Source of the DNA: Macrostomum lignano
Taxonomy: Eukaryota
Assembly: GCA_002269645.1 (NCBI GenBank)
Contig: NIVC01000055.1
Location: 183,765 to 247,764, forward strand
DNA: 64,000 bases
Direction: 5' to 3'
Below the pieces are notes generated by a model. The model saw only the letters and a program-made list of their open reading frames with translations, made no database searches and was not told the origin of the DNA. Shown here in pieces: positions 12,515-24,981 of the stretch. Each line of letters starts with the position of its first letter. Position 1 is the first letter of the stretch. The position numbers and the translations under genes were made by a program.

Positions 12515-14604
12515 GTCTATGGCGAAGCTTATTTAGCGAGCTATGTAGAAATTGCTATTGTATCTCGCTGGTGCGTGTTTTAAATAAAAGTTATTTCCGT
12601 TTATTTATTTCTTTGGTTCGAAGCTTTTGATTCAGACCATAGACTAAAATGAACGGACATAATATTTTTATACCCCGGCCGTTTGGCCAAACTAACACTG
12701 TACATTTTAACCATAGACAAATGTTGATTTGATGCAGTTCACGAAAACGACTGTTTTCGAGTTTGGTATTTCAAATTGAGTGGTTGTCTCTACTTAATCG
12801 TTTTAATTTTAATCTGTGACACTTTCGCGTTAGTTTCAACTTGATGTATGGTAGAAATCTTTCGATCGTGGCACAAAAGGAAGAAGACTCAATGGGCTAA
12901 GGCAGAATATGGACCGAGTTTGATGGTGTTGGGTGATCTATCCGAGATAAGCAAGCACGATCTCAACTACGTTCTTAAGTGGTTTATCTTAGAGATAAAA
13001 AAATAAGTGTGGTGTTCGCATGGCGCTTCTACATTGAAGGATTATTTCAGTACGAGTATGTTGCAATACTTGGTCAACGAATGTGGAAAGCCATGGACCC
13101 TCTGGAAGGACGTGGATTGCGTCGTGCAGGACCTGTACCATCTAGCATCGAATAGAAGCTCTGGTCTGAAGGTGCGCTTGGTAGTGATAGTCTACGACAA
13201 CTGGTGAGTTCCGCGATTTGGGGTGTGGGAAAACATTTCGCACTACGCCGTACGTCGGAGTTGCGAGTTGTTCAATACTCGTAACCGTTAGCTATATTGT
13301 ACATCACTATAATCTGTTGCATAAACTTGTTTGATTGCTTTCCTGCTTATTCATTGTCTTATTTATTTGGATCGTTTATTTGGCTGGGTCAGATAAACGT
13401 TTTTTTTAAATTGGACCTTAGACTTTTTTGGCGCGGCCAAAAGGGGTATGACTTGTTACTGTGTAAGAAACGCAGTTGTCTATGGTCTGAACACATTAAA
13501 CAAAACGCAGGTCAGCGTGTAAGAAACACAGTGTCTGGACCATAGACAACTGCGTCGATTACACGCTGACCAAAATAAATGAAAGTAACAACGTATATTT
13601 GGTTTTTTTTTCAAAATGCAGGTAACTGATTATGTATCAGATTAAACATGCCTTTTGAGGGAGTTATTTGTATAAATCACGAGGGCCTGAGGCCCGAGGG
13701 TTTTATGAAAATAACTCCCGAAAAAGGCATGTGTAATCTCGTATAAACCATAGACGTAAAGACTTTACGGGATATTATTGAATATTACCAAATAAAATCC
13801 CGGAGAAGGCAAATATTGTCACGGAAAGTCTTTATTTCTATGGATTATATAAACAAAGCAAATTCAAACACCGTTCACAGAAAGCAAACTAACAATGTAA
13901 ATCAGTGATTCTGTCAGCCATGTCCCTAATCACGAAACACACAGTTGTAGAGCGGTCCGTGGAAATTGAACACAATAGGTCGATTGCCAATGGTAGACGA
14001 ATCCATGGTAACAATGGCAGCCGGTACGTGTATCGATTGATTGACTATTGTCGCTGACTCGATACTGTAGTTGAAACAACCGCGCCTTCTTGCCTGGCAG
14101 CTATTGGCATACTTGCAGGATCCGCTCTAGACACAGAAACTGGGATTACCCGCTTCCTTGATTCGGCTGATACCAGATTCCTGCCATCGGAATGCAGCGA
14201 CAGCGACAGACTCTGCGACATTTACCTCATCTCGGCATCTCGTCGACTGTCAAATCGAAGGTACCGATCCACGGTCCTTTTGAGTGGGCTCTATTCTTAA
14301 ATTCTATTTGCTATCTCGATTTGGATTGCTCCTTTCTTATAGTCTTACAGTCAGCATGAAGGAAAAGAGTTGTCTATGGGTGACGGCCATTCAGTGCAGC
14401 GTGTAAGAAACGCAACTGTCAATGTAATATACTATTGAGATACAATGACACTAATACATTGTTTAGCAATTTGACGATCATAATTCACATTTTTAATGCA
14501 GAACAATCAATTACTACAAACAATGCATTGTCTGTAGGATCGTCAAACAGAAAAACAATGCAAAGAATCAGCGGTCGCAGCACGTGACAACGATTTGTCT
14601 ATGG
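12515..14604. mobile_element. Cluster of degenerate Crypton-like (tyrosine-recombinase DNA transposon) sequence
   Basis: Contains a recombinase-like coding relic (12848-13207), a ~100-bp terminal-type hairpin (13639-13739), a possible C-terminal relic on the minus strand ending at 13926 (IVFNFHGPLYNCVFRD*), and 8 copies of CCATAGAC/GTCTATGG. The family assignment is from recalled motifs, not a search. Confidence 0.55.
12848..13207 (+). pseudogene. Crypton/DUF3504-type tyrosine recombinase N-terminal fragment with an in-frame stop
   Basis: Reads MVEIFRSWHKRKKTQWAKAEYGPSLMVLGDLSEISKHDLNYVLKWFILEIKK*VWCSHGASTLKDYFSTSMLQYLVNECGKPWTLWKD (TAA at 13004-13006). This fits the F..W...R / DL......LN..L..F..E.RK / L..YL pattern of Crypton, ZMYM and QRICH1 proteins. 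Confidence 0.6.
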
Positions 14605-14867
14605 CTCGCGCCTACCGGCGCTCGCCAGACAATCGTTGTCACGCACTGGAACCGCTGATTATTTATCCATTGATGCCGCGTGATAAAATGGTCTTGGCAC
14701 GAGTGCGTGCACGAGCCAAAATTCCAGTTAAAAAACCAAACCTGCCAATTGCCGTTTCTGCCTATCTTTAATATACAGTAGTGCTTTTTCAAAACTGTTC
14801 TTAGCAATCAACCCTCCCACAAAACAATTGATTCGTTAACACACTAGTGAAACGCATTGGCGAAATG

Positions 14868-15230
14868 CACTGGTGAAAAACACAGGTAGAACCCACAGGT
14901 GAAACACACAGGTAAACCACACAGGTAGAACCCACAGGCGAAACACACAGGTAGAACCCACAGGTGAAACACACAGATAGAACCCACAGGTAAAACACAC
15001 AGGTAGAACCCACAGGTGAAACACACAGGTAGAACCCACAGGTGAAACAACACAGATAGAACCCACAGGTGAAACACACAGGTAGAACCCACAGGTGAAA
15101 CACACAGGTAGAACCCACAGGTGAAACAACACTAGTGACACTCAGGTGAAACACACAAATAGAACCCACAGGTGAAACAACACTAGTGACACTCAGGTGA
15201 AACAACACTAGTGACACTCAGGTGAAACAC
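14868..15230. repeat. Minisatellite, 26-bp dimeric unit (ACCCACAGGTGAAACACACAGGTAGA), changing to a 25-bp variant at the 3' end
   Basis: Read directly; explains ORFs 14801..15217, 14836..15141 and 14844..15092. Confidence 0.95.
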
Positions 15231-16204
15231 ACGCTCTCCACTTTGCTCCCCCTATTTCAATTGTTTTCTCTCATGCTCAAATTTTCCAGTGTTCTACACA
15301 AAATTCTAACTTCTTCACTACGAGTCTACTTAGTCCAGTAGTAATAGGCACATTTTGATTTGAACTGAAAATTTATCTCTTATTTTCTCAGAACTATTAA
15401 AAAGCAAATAGTGATACAAATGCACCCTTTAGTTTGCGCTGTTATCAGTTGCATAACTTGAAAGGTAAACACAATTTTTTATTTGCCCTCTTAGAGGCCA
15501 AGCTGCAGTCTGGTGCGCACTCGCAGGTGGCATAAGTTGTTGCAGCAGCTTGCGCAATACATTTCTGCTTTCCTAGCAATAAATTATCCGAAAAAAGTTT
15601 GACTTTAACACAGAGACCGATCGCTTGCACTGTGTTACAGTGCATTTGACATTTTATGCAAAACTATTCTACCTTAGAGTAGACTGAAAGCGCTTCATTA
15701 GTTTAAATCAAAACTTGGTGTGCATAAAATTATAAAGCAAAAATAAATTCAAATTTGCAGATTTATTTGTTTATTTGATGATAAATTTGTTTGAGTCATC
15801 TGAACCGCTTGAATCAAGAAATTTTTGCACAACGTGTGTTAGATTTGACGTCATTCCTTCTATTGCGAAGAAACACGAAGTTATGCAACAGAAAGCATAA
15901 CATTAACCAAACTATACTGTGTTTCTGTGTACAATTATGGAAAACCAAATATTATACTGGGCTGTAGTCAGGAAGTTCAAGCCAGTCCAGAATTACTTCA
16001 ACAACAGTTCTCGGCTGCAAATCGAGCAATTTGAAAACTCGGCCTTTGAAAACTAGGGAAACGGCAATTTGAGCAATTACCCACGGTCTGTACTTTATCA
16101 AAGTTTATTTTTTAACAAATTCCACGCGATTTATCATCGAAATAAAACTAAATTCCGTTTTGCGCTCGATTTTGAATTTTCTCGCTCATTTATTCTCGAA
16201 ATCT

Positions 16205-16508
16205 TGCGCCATTTCCTCTAGATATTTGGCGCCATTTTCTCTAGATATTTGACACCATTTCCTGTAGATATTTAGCGCCATTTCCTTAGGCGCCATTTCC
16301 TTAGGCGCCATTTCCTCAGGCGCCATTTCCTCAGGCGCCATTTCCTCAGGTGCCATTTATTCAGGTGCCATTTATTCAGGCGCCATTTCCTCAGGCGCCA
16401 TTTCCTCAGGCGCCATTTCCTTAGGCGCCATTTCCTCAGGCGTCATTTCCTCAGGCGCCATTTCCTCAGGCGCCATTTCCTCAGGCGCCGTTTCCTCAGG
16501 CGCCACTT
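16205..16508. repeat. Minisatellite, 15-bp unit (GGCGCCATTTCCTCA), preceded by longer variants
   Basis: About 15 tandem copies read directly. Confidence 0.95.
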
Positions 16509-17096
16509 TCTCTATAAATTTTGCTCGTCCCCTCAAATAATGCTATTCCCCCATATCCCGAAGTCAATAAGTACCCGTCCATCGTGTTTGGCAGTAAAAC
16601 TACCTACGAGCATTTCCAATGCAGACGTCTGTAAGCCAGTTAGCAAATTCATAATGTTTTTAAATAGCCAAGAATCCGAAAAAGCGGCACGGTGTCTGTT
16701 CCGCCTTATCTCTTCGTTCGCTGTGAAGTGGGTGCAGCCGCACTACTCGACTCGCAAAAAACTACACAGAAGCCCTGCAGTCCCGAGCGCTTACCATATT
16801 TTGAGCAGGAAAACCCAGAGTCTGTCAGCAGAAGAGGTGAAATATCTTTCACAGAAGCGGAAATTCAGGCTCAAAGTAAATTATTTATGCCCAACTCCCA
16901 AATCAACCCGTACTGATCTTCCTTCAGATCTTAAATCTCTCTGCTCCTTGCTCAAGCTAAGGAATCTGCTTCTAGTCTGCTTCCGGATTTGCTTATTTCC
17001 GCTGAGGTTCTCCCTCTCTTCCTGACAAACAGCGTTTGCTGTTGCTTTTAAGTTGTTATTACACTCTACACAGATCTCTTTCTGCTTCGAGTTGCT

Positions 17097-17665
17097 CTAC
17101 TCTCCCCTGTTCATTGTCTCCATTCCCCTGTTCTCTGTCTCCATTTCCCTGTTCTCTGTCTCCATTCCCCTGTTCTCTGTCTTCTCTCCCCTGTTCTCTG
17201 TCTCCATTCCCCCGTTCTCTGTCTCTACTCCCCTGTTCTCTGCCTCCATTCCCCTGTTCTCTGTCTCCATTCCCCTGTTCTCTGTCTTCTCTCCCCTGTT
17301 CTCTGTCTCCATTCCCCTGTTCTCTGTCTTCTCTCCCCTGTTCTCTGTCTCCATTCCCCCGTTCTCTGTCTCTACTCCCCTGTTCTCTGCCTCCATTCCC
17401 CTGTTCTCTGTCTCCATTCCCCTGTTCTCTGTCTTCTCTCCCCTGTTCTCTGTCTCCATTCCCCCGTTCTCTGTCTCTACTCCCCTGTTCTCTGCCTCCA
17501 TTCCCCTGTTCTCTGTCTCCTCTCCCCCTGTTCTCTGTCTCCATTCCCCTGTTCTCTGTCTCCATTCCCCTGTTCTCTGTTTTCTCTCCCCTTTTCTCTG
17601 TCTCCTCTCCCCTGTTCTCTGTCTTCTCTCCCCATTCTCTGTCTCCTCTTCCCTGTTCTCTGTCT
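17097..17665. repeat. Pyrimidine-rich minisatellite, 21-bp unit (TCTGTCTCCATTCCCCTGTTC)
   Basis: About 27 copies; source of the four overlapping repetitive ORFs at 17036-17757. Confidence 0.95.
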
Positions 17666-17676
17666 CCTGTTCTCTC

Positions 17677-17800
17677 GCTGAGCTGAGGCAATACAGAGCC
17701 AAGTGTCTTGCTCAAGAATGCAAATTATCCCGAGTGGGTCGAGAATCGAACCCCTGACCTTGCAGTCGCGAGTCGGACGCTGTAACCACTAGGCTAGCAC
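17677..17800 (-). mobile_element. tRNA-derived SINE, 3'-truncated copy
   Basis: Minus strand reads GCTAGCCTAGTGGTTACAGCG (A box)...GGGGTTCGATTCTC (B box)...TTCTTGAGCAAGACACTT, co-linear with the copy at 50081-50402. Confidence 0.75.
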
Positions 17801-18731
17801 AACTTAATGTAAAAAGCAGAGTCAAGAAAAAGAAGAATTCGAACATTTATACCGCTATATATATAATAAAATAAAGGCAATTATTGTTTTTTATTTTTTT
17901 GATAGCGGTTAATACCGGAACACGCAAAGCAGCATACTTTTAATAACAAAATAATAGTTGTGAATGAAGATTTGGTATTTTATATAGTGCCACTCTATAC
18001 CGGTTTGGTAAAGCATCTTGCAAGGCATCAATGACGGATGGGGTCAAGAAGAGGAGCCATTAACAAGGTTAAACGCCAGTTATATCATATTGAAGGTGAG
18101 AAAAATGCACGAGATGGATTTTTTGCCTGGCATTTCGGATGCACAGGTGCAGGCCAGGGCCTATAAATGGCAGGTCAGCATTATTTATAGTATTTATAGT
18201 ACATTATGAGTACATTTCTCAGGCATCAGTTCTTTAATAATCTACTAATGCAGCACATCCAACAACAAGAAAATTGAATAATATTATAGTAATAACAGTA
18301 ATAATAAAATAAAGGGCAAAACTGAAAGTAAATCTGCCGAATGGATGCGAATGGCCCAAACACCGCCAGATGAGAATTGCACTGCATCAACAGGTGGTGT
18401 GGCCCATATGCATTCGGTACGAGAGCGCAATAACGGAAAATATATAAATATGCATAATCATCCTTTCTCTGATCGGGTATTTTGTACAGATTTTCGCGCG
18501 AGGCTTCTGTTCTCTAAGTTCAGCTTGCTTTTTTCAACAAGTTATACAGTTATACAGCAAGGACGCACGGAGAGAAACCGCAGCCAATGGCTAATGATGC
18601 ACCACCTGGTAAAGTATTTTTTAAAAGTCTGTCTTTGAATTCGAATGCAATGCTTTGTAGTCAGAGTATTTCATATAGGGGGGTTTCATGGGGGGGGTTG
18701 CGAAGCCGCGATCCGCTTCAGGTTGCGGAAG

Positions 18732-21700
18732 TCACTCCGAGGCCGTCAGCTGACAAGCGGTGACCAGCGGCGGAGTCGTGGTGCTGCAGCCGGCGGAGGT
18801 GGTGGTGTACACTGTGCCAGCGATGGAGCCCAGGCAGCTCACCGAGGGGAACAGCTGGGTGCCGTAGAACACCTGGTCGATCACCCAGTCAGCCGAGTTG
18901 AACGGTTCCAGGGCGACGCCCGTTGACGTCGCTGCGGCAGCAGCCGCGGCGGCCGCCGCTGCCTCAGCTTCGAAGTAGGTCTGCGACAGCAGCTCCGAGA
19001 TGAGGTACAGGGCGCTGCGCCGCTCCTGCTGCATCAGGCAGACGGTGGAGTTGCACACCACATCAGCCAGAATCTGTGCGGTTTGGAGGGATAATTTTAA
19101 ATTCACCCAAAATGTTTCAAGCAGTCTTTTTTGAGCTGGAAACTTGGCATTGTTAAAATCCAGTCCCCAGCCTCACCTGTAGGTACAGCGTCCTTAGCTG
19201 AGCATCGGCAGGTGGAAAATGCGCAGCCAGGTAGGATTGAATTTTCACCCGCTGCTGTCTGGCATCCGGGAAGTCGATGAAGAACCTGGAGCACATGTAC
19301 TTCTCCAGATGAGGCACGTCGAGTCCCTGAGCAGGCAGGTAGCCATCCACCAGGAGCTTGCAGTACTTCAGCAGGCCGCCGCCTCGGATCTGCTCGGGGC
19401 AACGGGTGCAAATCTCACGGCGCCGCAGGTGGCCAAATGCCTCCTCGAAGCAGCCGCTGGCAGCCTCCGCAACTACAGTCGGATAGAAGCGCTCGCTGAT
19501 TGAGCTGGAGCTGGGCTGCACCTTGTAGAAGGTGATGAGCGAGTCCAGGATGATTTGGAAGCTGTCAACGGTGAACTCAAACTGCCGGCGCATGTGGTCA
19601 ACGAATTTGAGCTCGACAGTGAGTCCGTCTTGGCTGCCCAGGCTGAGCAGGAACCACCTGTCCGCGTGCTCAATCCTGGCCTGCTTAGACACGTACGCCT
19701 CCACCATCTGCAGTTGCTGGGGCAGCGGCCTCTTGGCCTGCGCATCCTGCTCAGTCTCAGAAGAAGTCTCTTCGGTTTTTTCATCGGCATCGCCGTGCTG
19801 CTCGTTCTGGCTGATCAGAAACAAGTGCAGACACTCCAGAACTGCTCTGCGAATGATGTCGACGGTGTCGCGAGAGCTGAGGTCGACGCCAAACAGAAGG
19901 TCAAGGTCATTGTACGTGTGGTACGGGTCCATGCCTGAGAAGGGAGCAAAAGACGTTATTTTAGTTTATTAAATTGGTTTTTATGCATTCACAACGCTAT
20001 ACATTTAGAAATATAAAGGGTCATGCGGCTGTGGGTTCTGAAGGCCAAGTACGGAAGACCAGAGTTTGAAGGCCCGAGACTCAGTGCCGAGGGATCAACG
20101 CACAATCCCTCTGGCTCTAGCTTAATACGAGATCAAGAGCTAAAAGACTAGATAGGCCAATCTGAGAATACGAGTATAACGCAAGAACTCGAACGGGCAG
20201 CAATAGAGTAGTACGAGCTACAAGTGATTGTCAACCCGCGGCAAAAATCAGAAAGCTCCACCGGCTGAACCTCCCGATACGCATTATTATTAACAATATA
20301 AATACGCCTCAAGTAGTGTCGGAACTGGAGAAGCGTTGGAAATTTGAGTTCGTGGTGTGTGAATGAAAACATATGGCCAATGCGTAATGACTATTTACTA
20401 TGCCTGAGCCGAAGTCAGGCAGAGACACGGCCGGATAGTGAAAGAATGCAATCGGAGCAGAGCTGAGTAGAGAAGGGAAGAGACGTTGGGCCCGGAAAAG
20501 TGCAACTTGCAAAAACTGCCGACTGCAAAATAGCGCGTATCCGTTTGATATGAGTATCGATTTTTTGAGAGCTGTTTTTACATTTGATTCTCCTCTCTCT
20601 CTCTCTTTCACTGGTGGTCGCCCCTGAGCACCCAAGTCGTGAGCAGTCTGTCGCAACAAAGCAATTTTCAATTCTAGCTTGTACAATGCTAACCAGAATA
20701 CACAATTAAGTTGCTGCATTCATTCATTCATAAATTCGAAGTGGCAAATTGAAGCTCCCAGACACGGTTGAAACTTCAACACAATAAAATTAAGTCTGAA
20801 AAGATTTGATAAGACCGCAAATTGGTTATTTTTGCACCTGCAGGCTGGATAGCGCCAGAGTTTCAAGAATTGGTTAGTTATACAGGAGAGGAAGAGGCTT
20901 GCATATTTCTGCTTGCATTGGCAGTTTTGCTGGCCTAGAAGGCCCTGTTGGATTTCAGTTCAGTGGTCCCTCTAAACTTTTGGAGAGCGCGCAGTCAGTT
21001 CAAGAAGGAGGGCTGGGGGGGGGGGCGGTTGGTTGCCAGAAAGTTTTATGCAGAGCGCAGCAAAGTGAGTCGAAATCAATTTGTGTAAACAGTCAGCCAA
21101 CTCTTCTCCTTGTCTCTCCCCCGGCTCCGTCTTTCTGCAAGCAAATCAAATAGTGCGGTGGTGCGCATGGCACGTGCGTGCAAGCGGAGTCGGGGGCTGG
21201 AAAGTACAAGCGAACTACATTTCGGATTATTAAAATATGTTCACCAGCCATGCTCAGTGCAGTCTGTTTAATAAAACGCTTTATTAAACGCTTCAATCCG
21301 GTCAGGTTTCCAAAATAAACATGTCATAAACAGCAGCAGCAGCAGCAACAATGGCCAGACCATTTTTTCGGCGAGCTAAATATAAAACCACGTTTTCAAT
21401 GCAACACGCGCTTCAGGACTGAAAGCAGAGAAAGAGAGACGGCGGGCAAGAGAAACTGCGCCGATGCAGATGGAGAGAAGCTGGCTAGGGGAGCAATAGA
21501 AAAGTTTGCTTATTAAAATTAGCGCGTTGAGTTTAATGTTATTCGGTGATAGCCCAGGTCAATGCCACAGCGGTAATGGGGGGGAGGGGGGCTGGCCCAT
21601 CCTAACTCCGCCCGAAACAGACAATGCCCCCCTTCGCTCTCTCAGCTCGTGCCCTTGAAAATTGAATCAGCTGGTTATTGTGTGGATACGAGATGAAGAA

Positions 21701-22510
21701 TAAGCGAATGCCAGTGTGCAGTCTCCGAATGCCATACAGGGCACGCGTTTCCCGCTTAGCTTGGGTAAACGAGCGAGCAGACTCAGGCACGGCTAAATAT
21801 TATTTGCAGATCCAACTCATTCGAGCTCACACTGTTTGTTACATGCATGTAAATATTAACTTATTAACTAGCTATTGCTGCAGCAATCCAAGTTGTAGGA
21901 AAAGAAATTTCTCAGTCAAATATAAAGAAAGAAAAAGTGCCGACTCAGTTTATTGAGTTTACTAATTCATAGTTGAACTTTACCGATACTCCCAAGTTAC
22001 ATTGTTGCCAACTTGATACTTGAGCCTTGTTTCCTAATAGACTCAAGAAAGTTGCTGTTTGAAGCATCCACAGGTCAAGGGGGCGGGCTGGTCTCGCTTT
22101 TAAAGTTTGTAAAATTATACAATATTTCGAAATTTTAGTGTTACTTCTAGCGCTATTACGTATTATGCATTAATGATGACGCAACACCCCCCGATTCGCT
22201 AAAACAACTCGTATAAAAAATAACCTCGCACAGTTCAGCGCTCACCAATGATGTAGGAAGCGCCACCTCCGTTGAGCCGGACATCGCGAACGGGCACCCC
22301 GTCGGCCTCTAGGCGAGTCCGCACCCGCTGAACCCAGTCCTTGAGGGTGAGGCGCACCGGCGGGCAGCCGCCCAGGCCGTGAATGGCGATCTCCTGCTCC
22401 ATGAAGTTGTACAGACGCTCGACCTGCTCAAAGCACAGCACACTGTACCGACTGGAGTCGCGTCTCTGCTTGCTGTTGCACGTCTTCTCGTCTCTATGGT
22501 CACTGGTCAT
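18732..22510 (-). CDS. TENT5: TENT5/FAM46 terminal nucleotidyltransferase (non-canonical poly(A) polymerase), 3 coding exons
   Basis: Exons 22510-22246, 19934-19177, 19073-18732 (phases 1, 0). Motifs YSVLCFEQVERL, IHGLGGCP, VRDVRLNGGGAS, YNDLDLLF, VELKFVDHMRRQFEFTVDSFQI, EQIRGGGLLKYC, YMCSRFFIDF and STVCLMQQERR. The catalytic GG..DxD..E set is intact. Start ATG at 22510 is inferred. Confidence 0.95.
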
Positions 22511-24349
22511 GCTTGCAGTCAGCACTGTGGTTAGATGGGTGACAGACCTTGGCTGAGGTAAATACAAGCTAGAGAAGTGTTGCGCTGGAGAACACGAAAC
22601 GGCTTTGTAAGTCTTGAAGGCCAAGGCTGCGAGAAAGAAAGCGCGGACTATTTATAAGCCTAGCTCAGCAGTTTTCACCCCCCTGTGCTGTTGAGCTAAA
22701 TTTAAAATGTACACCTGACCCTCCTCAAAGCCTGACAGCAGCCCTCCAATAGGAGGTCGCCGCCAGCGCCTCCACCCGCACTGAATGAATCTGATAAGTA
22801 AAGTTTTGGTTTGAGCTAGTCAGTAGCTTGAGTAGTCTGATTAATTACAGTTCGCATTGCGATCATAAATAACAATCAGATTGCCAACGGCGTGTAAGCT
22901 ATCATTTCATCTTGGCACAACTGGGAGGTTGGATAGCAACACTGCTGAGCGCTGGCGTCGGGCTCAAAAAGAATTCCATCCAACTCAATGCGTACATTGC
23001 GAAAGCAGAAGGCCGATGTTACAAAAATAGCCCATCCGGGGACGGGGGTCGAGCTTCTCCTATTTTGGTCGTCGGGTAGGGATGGGGATAGAATGAAACT
23101 GGAGGCGCTGTCCTTGCCCCCCCCATCCGTCCCAAATCCCTGAAACTCTCGCGGGCCTCCATTCCGTGTTGACTCTCCGTAGTCCCATTGCGGCCAGGGA
23201 TTGCCAGAGAGAGAGTCTGGACTGGAAGACTCACAAGTTTGGACTCGGTTCAAGGCTAAATAAGTCTTTTTTTAAACAAATTTAAAAAGAAGCAAAACTT
23301 AAAACGTCAAGCGCCGAGCAAGGTTAACGGAGAAAAAACTTGTCATTTGGTTTGTTTTGAAGATAAATCAAAGCTAAAGCCTGAGCTCTGCTTTCTGTCC
23401 AGATTTCTATAACTTTGAACAGTCCATGTCCCTGCCTAAGGGGAAGAGGACTGAGTGGGTGGGATGCGGGGAGTGGGAGAGAACTGGTACAGAGCCGACC
23501 TTCGAGGCGGTGGTGGAATTTCCCAAGCCAACTCCGTCTAAAAAGGACGATACGGATCGACAGGAGCTTCTCGCTGTAGGAAAGCAGATACAGAGGAAGC
23601 TGGGCAGCCTGCTTTTCTGGCGGACTGCCAATATTGAGTTGCTAGGCTATTTTTAGACACTTGGCCTTCCTCTATCCTCCCCTCTACAGCGGTGGCTGTA
23701 GAGACGAAGCCTCTTCAATCGAGCATAAACGAGGAGAAAACCCGATGGCCTTCTCAGAGTGAACCGTCATCAGCCCGCGCCAGTCTCTGGAGGGGTGTGC
23801 AGGAAATTTCTTTGCCAACTTCTTTTCTGTAGTCTATTTTTAGCAGCAGAAATTTTCTTCCAAAAGCCCGTTTATAGCCCCGATATAAAAATTCATGGAC
23901 TGCCTTCTCTTCTTTTCCTTCTTCTCATGTTCCATCCAAGCTCTTACTCAAACTCAAGCCCTAGCTTCGATGCGTGGGTGGAAGGCTGGCTTGTTGTCAA
24001 GGCTACTCGTTCGTTCATGCGTTTTAGTACTCGCCATCCTTACTCCAGCCGTCTCACTCCTCCCGACTCACCGCACCCTACATTCCCATTTTTTCGTTCA
24101 AGTCTATTTTTGGCGATGCTTAATTTATGCAGCCTGTGTGGGATATTTTTATCGTTATCAAAACACGCCAAGCACAAAATTAATAGATGAAACGCGAAGT
24201 GCAGCCGGTGGCAAAAACAGCATTAATTTATTAATTTTCTGTCGGCTGCATACATTCCGATCAATAGTTTATTGGCTAGTGACTCTGAACTCTTGGTTGG
24301 TTTACAGTCAAATGTAGCATGTTTGAAATGCTATTTGAGAATGTTTAAA

Positions 24350-24981
24350 GATGTCGCTTACCAGTAAGATGTCGCTTACAGTTAGATGTCGCTTACAGTT
24401 AGATGTCGCTTACAGTTAGATGTCGCTTACAGTTAGATGTCGCTTACAGTTAGATGTCGCTTACAGACAGATGTCGCTTACCAGTAAGATGTCGCTTACA
24501 GTTAGATGTCGCTTACAGTTAGATGTCGCTTACAGTCAGATGTCGCTTACCAGTAAGATGTCGCTTACAGTTAGATGTCGCTTACAGTTAGATGTCGCTT
24601 ACAGTTAGATGTCGCTTACAGTTAGATGTCGCTTACAGTTAGATGTCGCTTACAGACAGATGTCGCTTACCAGTAAGATGTCGCTTACAGTTAGATGTCG
24701 CTTACAGTTAGATGTCGCTTACAGTCAGATGTCGCTTACCAGTAAGATGTCGCTTACAGTTAGATGTCGCTTACAGTTAGATGTCGCTTACAGACAGATG
24801 TCGCTTACCAGTAAGATGTCGCTTACAGTTAGATGTCGCTTACAGTTAGATGTCGCTTACAGTTAGATGTCGCTTACAGTTAGATGTCGCTTACAGTTAG
24901 ATGTCGCTTACAGTTAGATGTCGCTTACAGTTAGATGTCGCTTACAGTTAGATGTCGCTTACAGTTAGATGTCGCTTACAG
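24350..24981. repeat. Minisatellite, 17-bp unit (GATGTCGCTTACAGTTA) with an 18-bp variant and a 189-bp higher-order pattern
   Basis: Variant CCAGTAAG at 24361, 24481, 24550, 24670, 24739 and 24808 (spacing 120/69/120/69/69). Confidence 0.95.

Noticed and set aside
16540-17025. ORFs 16540..17025 and 16692..16916 as a gene or transposase fragment
   Set aside because: No recognisable motif; joining them would need a ~37-nt intron; unsupported without a search.
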